Virus record (IMG/VR): IMGVR_UViG_3300029448_000009 | Span: 1-64,000 of that record | Direction: 5' to 3' (one strand) | Length of the DNA stretch: 64,000 nt | Origin: a virus | In this document: positions 60,201 to 64,000 of the stretch, piece after piece | Position numbering within the stretch: position 1 is the stretch's first letter | Layout: every line of letters begins with the position of its first letter | Notes under the pieces: model-generated | Told to the model about the DNA's origin: nothing | The model's input: only the letters and a program-made list of their open reading frames with translations | Database searches by the model: none | Made by a program: the position numbers and the translations under genes

Positions 60201-63200
60201 ATCTATAGTTTTTGTTGATGTTAGCATAGCGTTTTTATCTGCAAATTCAAAACCAAATTCTTCAAATAATCTTAATACTGTTTCAGGGTTATTTAAAACT
60301 GCAGCTCTTACCGTGGATTTTTTATTTATGTTGCTTAAGCTAACATTTTTTATTACTCCTAAATTTGGCTTATAATCTAAATTAATTTTTAATTGTCCTT
60401 CTTCTATATTTACTAAAAGCCTACCGTCTTTATCTTTTATATTAGAATTTTTTAAATTATTTTTCCAAGGAGTTATAATAATATTCTTTAATTGATTTGC
60501 ATTAGGGTCGACACTATAAAAATTACCATTTGTATCTAATAAGAAAGAGTCAAATGTATTTTTAGTTTTATTCATTTGCTGTGCAAACATGTTACTAAGT
60601 TTCATTTGATCAAATGAACTGTTTTCATCTAAGGAGCCCAATCGTTTAATAAGAGTGTTTAACCAAGGATGTTTAGCAGACAATCTTTTTAGCTCTTCTA
60701 CTTGTTGTGTAGGATTTGATATACCAGCTAGCCTGTCTTGTACAAAGTTCATAGCATAATTTGAATCTACAATTCCTTCTACTCCCGTAACTGTGGTTTT
60801 ACTAAAATTAGGAAGAGTACCTAATAAAAGTTTAATGTATGGATGTGCATTGCCTGCAGCTGAAAACTGCATAGATTCTAATATATTAAATGGATCGCTT
60901 TTCCCATCTTTTAAGTTTTCTTCTTTTTCTACCTTTAATGATGTATCAATTCCTAATGATAATAAAAATTGTCTATGTACTTCTTGGAAAGATTTAATAT
61001 TACCATCTCTTACATTTTTAATTCTACCCCCATTTAAAAACAATCTAGACTTAGCAGCTTGCTGTGCCATTGTTTCGTATGCTTTTACCTTTTTTGGATC
61101 TGTTGTTTTCTTAGCTAGATTTGTAGCAGCAACAATTTTAGCTCCAAGTTCATTATATAAAGTACTAAATGCAGTTTTATATGCTCTAACCAGTCTTTTA
61201 TTGTATTCTTCAGATCTATTTTTATCTGACAACATTTCTAAATCAGACAAGTTTAATCCACGTACAGGGTCATCAAAAAGAACATTACCAAAGTGTCTAC
61301 TAAATGAGCTCATCATATCAGCAGAAAATCTAGAACTTTCTGGACTGTTATTGTTTTTTAAAAGAGCCATATTAATTTCTTGTACTTTCCCAATATTATT
61401 AGGCATAGTAGCATTAGCAAATCCTCCTGCTTTTATTTTATTAAAAATAGTTGCAACAGTTGCCATCTTTGAATCAGGTTGTAGACGAGTGTCTAACCCA
61501 AACATTGCTCTAAAAAAGTTTCTTAGTCGGTCAAATAACCTTGAGAAAAATCCTTTAGGTTGGCTGTATGTGTCTTTTTTGTATGTTCCATCACTTAGTA
61601 CCCATTTTCTAAATTCTTCTGCTAAATACTCTTCTGCTTGCTTATCTGTTGCCTTAGAGAAAGAAACAAGATTACCTTTATAATCTGTAAAAGTTCCTTT
61701 TTTAGCTCGCACTTCATTGTACATTTGATCTCTTGTAGGCTGATTAAGTAAGAAATAAGATACCTGGTGAAACCCTTCGTGATAAGTAGTACCCCCAATA
61801 GCTAGTTCAGATATTACAGTTTTACCAAAACCTTTTACTTGTCCTATAACAAATGGAGTTTTACTTTCTATGTAATCCGATACAAATTCAAATTTATTCC
61901 ACGGTAACATTTTTTTAATTGTATCTAACTCTTCTTTAGTTATACCTTGCGTTTCAGATACTACACTATTAATATTACTGTCATTTTGATTCATTTGGTT
62001 GATGACCATGTTTATCTCTTCATCATCAAACAAATCATCTTGGTTGTCATTTACATTATCTATTTCATTTTGTACATCATCTGACTCTAAAGGTTTAGAT
62101 AACACATCTGAAACTGTTTGATCTGTTTCTGCCTGAGATTCATCTATAACTGGAATGCTTCCTAAATCTTGTACAGGCCCTTCTATAGCGTCTTCTGCCA
62201 TTTGTATAGAATCATCAATTTCTTTTTGTTGTTGATCTATAACGTCTTCTACTTCTTTTTGGTTTTCTTCAACCTGTTGTGGCGTTGTTCCTTCAACTAC
62301 AGCTTCTAAATTCTTTTCATCTCTTTTATTAAACTTATTAAATGCAAAGTCACTAAATCCATTAGCCCTAGAAGTAGTTTTATACTCTTCTAAATATTCC
62401 AGTAGTGTATCTAAATACTCTTGATCTGAAACAGGAGGTGTTTTTCCTTGATATAAATTAAAATCATAATCTAAATTTATAGCATATTTAGAATCTACAG
62501 TTTGACTAAAGCCTTCTACCAGTTCTATTTCTATACCTCTACCTTCTTTAGCGGCATTTAATATTTGTTCATATTTTTGTATTTGATTTTTTTGTAAATC
62601 AGTATAGATTACATTTTCAGGAGCTTGTGGTTCTGCCTGTCCGTTATAAACTCTACCTGCTTTTTTACCTCTTCCAGGCATATCAAATTTTAAATATCTA
62701 AAATTATATTGTGGTGTAACATAACTTAGATTATTCATCAAAGGTAAATTTGTTTGTAAAGGAGGTTCAAATGCAGCATCTTCTCTAGCTTCTAATAAAT
62801 ATTGTTCGTAATTATCCCATTTATACTGCACACTGTCATCTAATTCAAAAGTATTTACTCCAGTTTCTTTATAAAAAGGCATGTAAAAAGGCGTAGTAGA
62901 TGATGCTTTGCCTTTTTTGTTTTTTAAACTGGTCATATTAACATTAATCAGTTTATTTTGTAAAAACTCATTAAACTTAGATGTATTATTATCTAGTATA
63001 TCTTGATAGCTGATAAATTGATCTCCTATTTGGTATCCTTTACCTGTATCATAAAAATCTACCCTGGTTGATTGATCTTCCGCTAGCTGGTTTTCTGTTC
63101 CCGTACCATAGTAAACCATGTCTTTTAACATCTTAAAGACAAATAAATTTTTACCATCTACTTCTAATATAGCTGCTTCTTGTCTTAATTGTTTTTCAGA

Positions 63201-64000
63201 CTTCTTAGCATTTGCAGGGTCTTGTTTAAGAGCTTCATACCTAATTTGTACCATACGTAACAAATTAATAATGTTTTGTGACTCTTTAGCATTTATTTTT
63301 CTATGGTGTAAAGGCGCTAAGTTTCCTGAAGAGGTTACTGTAAAAGCCATACCTGCAAACGGTACTCTATATGTTATCCCATTCATTGTTATCTCAGAGT
63401 ATACTTTATCCCCGTCTTCTAAATTTTTAGTTGTAAGATCTATAACAACATCTTTAGTTCCTTTTTTACCTCTAGACCCTATAACTCTACCTTTAATAGG
63501 AGCTAATCTTTTACTGCCGTCTTCTTTTGTATTTATTACATTAGGAAGACCTGCGCTTAATCCTGTTATACTTAATAGTTTAGGAGTGCTAGAGTTTAAT
63601 ATACTATTTCTATCAGCTTGATATTCATTAACTGCATTTTCTACATTTATTCCTGCCTCATTTGTAAACCTATCTTTACCCTTTCTGTTTTTTAAAGTAG
63701 ATCCCATCATAGATGTGTATACAATATAAGAAGGTTCTCCTTGTTTAGGTTTATTTCCTTTTGCATTTACTCTTATAGGCTTACCTGTTTTATCAGTTAA
63801 AACTAATTTGATGTCTGTTGTATTAGGATCAGTATGACTGCTATCCATATACTTTTTCTGATCGTAATTAAAAAATACTCCTTTTAAGTCATTAGCTAAA
63901 TCTGCAGGTATGTTATTACTATGCACAGCCATTAACTTAGTTTTTGACATAGGAATAAACTTAGACGTAGCTTGGAACCAAATAAGTTGATCTCTAGATG
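54231..64000 (-). CDS. Virion RNA polymerase (double-psi beta-barrel, crAss/phi14:2 gp66-like); 5' end beyond window
   Basis: GFRIPT...GSDFDIDKL catalytic motif (about 57504-57518), KRTK, LGTQ, HEGFH; frame is open from 63950 to the window end. Confidence 0.9.
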   Translation of the reverse strand, partial: SRDQLIWFQATSKFIPMSKTKLMAVHSNNIPADLANDLKGVFFNYDQKKYMDSSHTDPNTTDIKLVLTDKTGKPIRVNAKGNKPKQGEPSYIVYTSMMGSTLKNRKGKDRFTNEAGINVENAVNEYQADRNSILNSSTPKLLSITGLSAGLPNVINTKEDGSKRLAPIKGRVIGSRGKKGTKDVVIDLTTKNLEDGDKVYSEITMNGITYRVPFAGMAFTVTSSGNLAPLHHRKINAKESQNIINLLRMVQIRYEALKQDPANAKKSEKQLRQEAAILEVDGKNLFVFKMLKDMVYYGTGTENQLAEDQSTRVDFYDTGKGYQIGDQFISYQDILDNNTSKFNEFLQNKLINVNMTSLKNKKGKASSTTPFYMPFYKETGVNTFELDDSVQYKWDNYEQYLLEAREDAAFEPPLQTNLPLMNNLSYVTPQYNFRYLKFDMPGRGKKAGRVYNGQAEPQAPENVIYTDLQKNQIQKYEQILNAAKEGRGIEIELVEGFSQTVDSKYAINLDYDFNLYQGKTPPVSDQEYLDTLLEYLEEYKTTSRANGFSDFAFNKFNKRDEKNLEAVVEGTTPQQVEENQKEVEDVIDQQQKEIDDSIQMAEDAIEGPVQDLGSIPVIDESQAETDQTVSDVLSKPLESDDVQNEIDNVNDNQDDLFDDEEINMVINQMNQNDSNINSVVSETQGITKEELDTIKKMLPWNKFEFVSDYIESKTPFVIGQVKGFGKTVISELAIGGTTYHEGFHQVSYFLLNQPTRDQMYNEVRAKKGTFTDYKGNLVSFSKATDKQAEEYLAEEFRKWVLSDGTYKKDTYSQPKGFFSRLFDRLRNFFRAMFGLDTRLQPDSKMATVATIFNKIKAGGFANATMPNNIGKVQEINMALLKNNNSPESSRFSADMMSSFSRHFGNVLFDDPVRGLNLSDLEMLSDKNRSEEYNKRLVRAYKTAFSTLYNELGAKIVAATNLAKKTTDPKKVKAYETMAQQAAKSRLFLNGGRIKNVRDGNIKSFQEVHRQFLLSLGIDTSLKVEKEENLKDGKSDPFNILESMQFSAAGNAHPYIKLLLGTLPNFSKTTVTGVEGIVDSNYAMNFVQDRLAGISNPTQQVEELKRLSAKHPWLNTLIKRLGSLDENSSFDQMKLSNMFAQQMNKTKNTFDSFLLDTNGNFYSVDPNANQLKNIIITPWKNNLKNSNIKDKDGRLLVNIEEGQLKINLDYKPNLGVIKNVSLSNINKKSTVRAAVLNNPETVLRLFEEFGFEFADKNAMLTSTKTIDGKSVKEIMRDSASWLLSELPKGNLGADLFAKETLDAQTRLGNLLKVEMLFNDKIVEPKHLNAEGKPVYGITLNNYMSMISNKLNKGTLLPHFQNNPYVANSAVLRALSENPNLKIDMHVIEGLRIDRAGDQGLHTSHLTYEDRAAVYINSVLNGVIPILRTADAKTEYGVRLPIEQFNDAIDAKGQLLGYFIDELNTAVQFRTKGVGKDIKDYKDKAGELRVFNHIVRSRLNLSEISDLDAALAGNIPVGQFIAKHENTLIRAIIQYLNDQSKKNKTLMLTNKIISKGKGNTFVNNGLDYQTISEILGSKNVSKTTLTDSQVNDIAHAFTLRTFIGNVEQLKLFFGDVAQYKDLYKRTKLASGTKKFPRTDELMNSWLNSNEVETSEDIKEEYGDHNKNYTGQANIMVYGDPVSESVYWREYAEYLGEDISNLYRNIEEADANAFANIHFYRELMMRIGDWTGKQENLFKKAMLGQELTREELTSFPTLKPQGFGPAISPLKQMVGLKLSLTPIFPQMTRINGKDTALKGLLKNMYETNTDMVMHPTAAKVGSRVSLDTGNAPAFYNENGGINSIDPDLHTVIDLSYFGIQVDINKEFKGKVTLGTQSRTHILANLYEGGMPVDYEGDTKTWAGLTEEQKKSKSEVHKNASDYLDAVNEITRRSRENLLKRFNLEQTTKNGETSYKLKDGNMQKFADMIRDEIAKRNYPENVAAGIESLLNQPDGDKKVFDLIVNKNRIENLLFSLISNNTITQKVTGENAVQVSSLGSETAIGKEQVVRVVKEGKLQSSGATGLKFYRKKDRRNKDSETLGMEVYLPHYFKELLGKNLEIRQDGIYNERGKKIGDSNLLELIGFRIPTDGLHSIDFMTIKGFLPAEAGAQIMVPSELVVKAGSDFDIDKLTLYLPSYTVKDGMITKREFINADTNTKEGMAVYYNAVYGPFNNFWSKLNKDLIVAQEQELGSTEAAVNNLLMAIFRENPNIAGDKLYDYSDAEIEVLFSRFRKLASNPDKDRADRVEDVIKEFNKLKKKANKIPSLDEFFAENKGKNPTELNHIGAVQNRMIDLKTKILSNSRSYNQLLNPIGTRVILDIRDELGIKERDVTYADLISYPHIFNITKDFQSGKNGLGIAATNATHIVKSQQAGLYLRPNTEIDGVKKFSKLGINLEGFGGLTGNPIRLDRIYDVNGEHRITEIASELLNVFADASEDPIVADLNLVPEVGNALMFLLRSGVPVRNAVFLINQPIVKDYIKALNVNKSKIQMVKNSPMSKKVILNAVLNLYSPNKPQTNRQDKLFNAEQLKEMSQKTKTELVKENLAQDQQQILEDFVLYDAIGGQLTALTLATSFDTKQPKGRNHARLILEQYDQVKADNTFGNIDNLILRTHLNEFYLTHEAASKQFNSMFLTDRAGPRAVGQLDAIFEIFSNNKLPLSDANRLAVMNEAENELVIAALLSHKFDGVKLGDKAEQLFLGENTAAKRVAQLQKEYPNNSFVQSLLPSIEKVRTGPLRGTDNIKVYTRVLNNYEANLMRDSFLELPEADQNMLVDHAILQSGMSLTNMSYLHLLPTEKFTERAVQIVNKLKPGSTDVINFFDNFFRNNWHNSRIVPRLPRSKYTIQSKNIFPKIKSADPTSGFPYVSVITDAVETQEAEELKAKGLPVPKTTLLFKKSLNQNSKSDYASYEIVDKLGNGLNLKEYPTDPNEKSILDKNNLRYTQTQDVFSKQIISPIGTTFSKFELAQIAKGAVKNISVPAGSFKSGKVYVLPDNTKIHLKLVDEIQYKGLDSAEELDNFARNEGYDSWDKLLPKIKSGKNKIPSSWLDSSKNQKLSVYEVVGVDAKENINAEEDYKKVVNIQHVRPEIYEGEDGAAIVEEQLRKDIQQQIKNGKRSFQTKLLPGTGEMAVNILMQEQTRLNNINQSLSIKVGVPGSKLLNDLTSEEKMRLGILRRQLRKRRNVTIVGTTAINPIANTLKINPKEIAERIAIEKKTTCK

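Noticed and set aside
60793-61683. 296-aa plus-strand ORF
   Set aside because: Lies antisense to the vRNAP; L/F/S-rich shadow translation with no motifs and a non-ATG start
63118-63621. 167-aa plus-strand ORF
   Set aside because: Antisense shadow of the vRNAP gene
1-64000. Stop-codon reassignment (TAG/TGA), known in some gut crAss-like phages
   Set aside because: Very long uninterrupted ORFs and dense packing under the standard code; TAG and TGA both end genes at plausible positions
1-64000. tRNA genes, CRISPR arrays, introns/inteins, DGR reverse transcriptase
   Set aside because: No cloverleaf, spaced direct-repeat array, intein motif or RT motif seen by eye; TerL, PolA and MCP appear uninterrupted. 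A tRNAscan/Rfam run would be needed to exclude them fully.

Overview
This AT-rich window is a large part of a crAss-like (Crassvirales-type) podophage genome. The host is probably an environmental Bacteroidota (flavobacterial) cell, and the standard genetic code is used. From 1 to 30.2 kb the minus strand holds a late/structural block: holin, endolysin, tail and fibre proteins, auxiliary capsid and ring proteins, MCP, scaffold, portal, TerL, SNase, HU/IHF and GroES. From 30.75 to 49.1 kb the plus strand holds the early/replication block: PolA, a DnaA-C HTH protein, SF2 helicase, DnaB, AAA_24 ATPase, primase, rIIA/rIIB, 5' exonuclease and DUF1599. From 49.2 kb to beyond the window end the minus strand holds giant virion cargo genes, including the DFDID double-psi-barrel virion RNA polymerase. 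The most unusual features are: (i) a phage-encoded cell-envelope set (outer-membrane beta-barrel, an LDLa-like protein with a putative T9SS tail and clustered O-glycosylation sequons, and a secreted thioredoxin-fold protein lacking CxxC); (ii) two unrelated basic proteins sharing a C-terminal GG..GYSYQDFLDL tag; (iii) a composite late promoter with exactly conserved 65-nt spacing; (iv) several structured non-coding elements, including an N4-like GNA-loop hairpin just before the first early gene. All functional calls come from motif recognition by eye; no searches were run.
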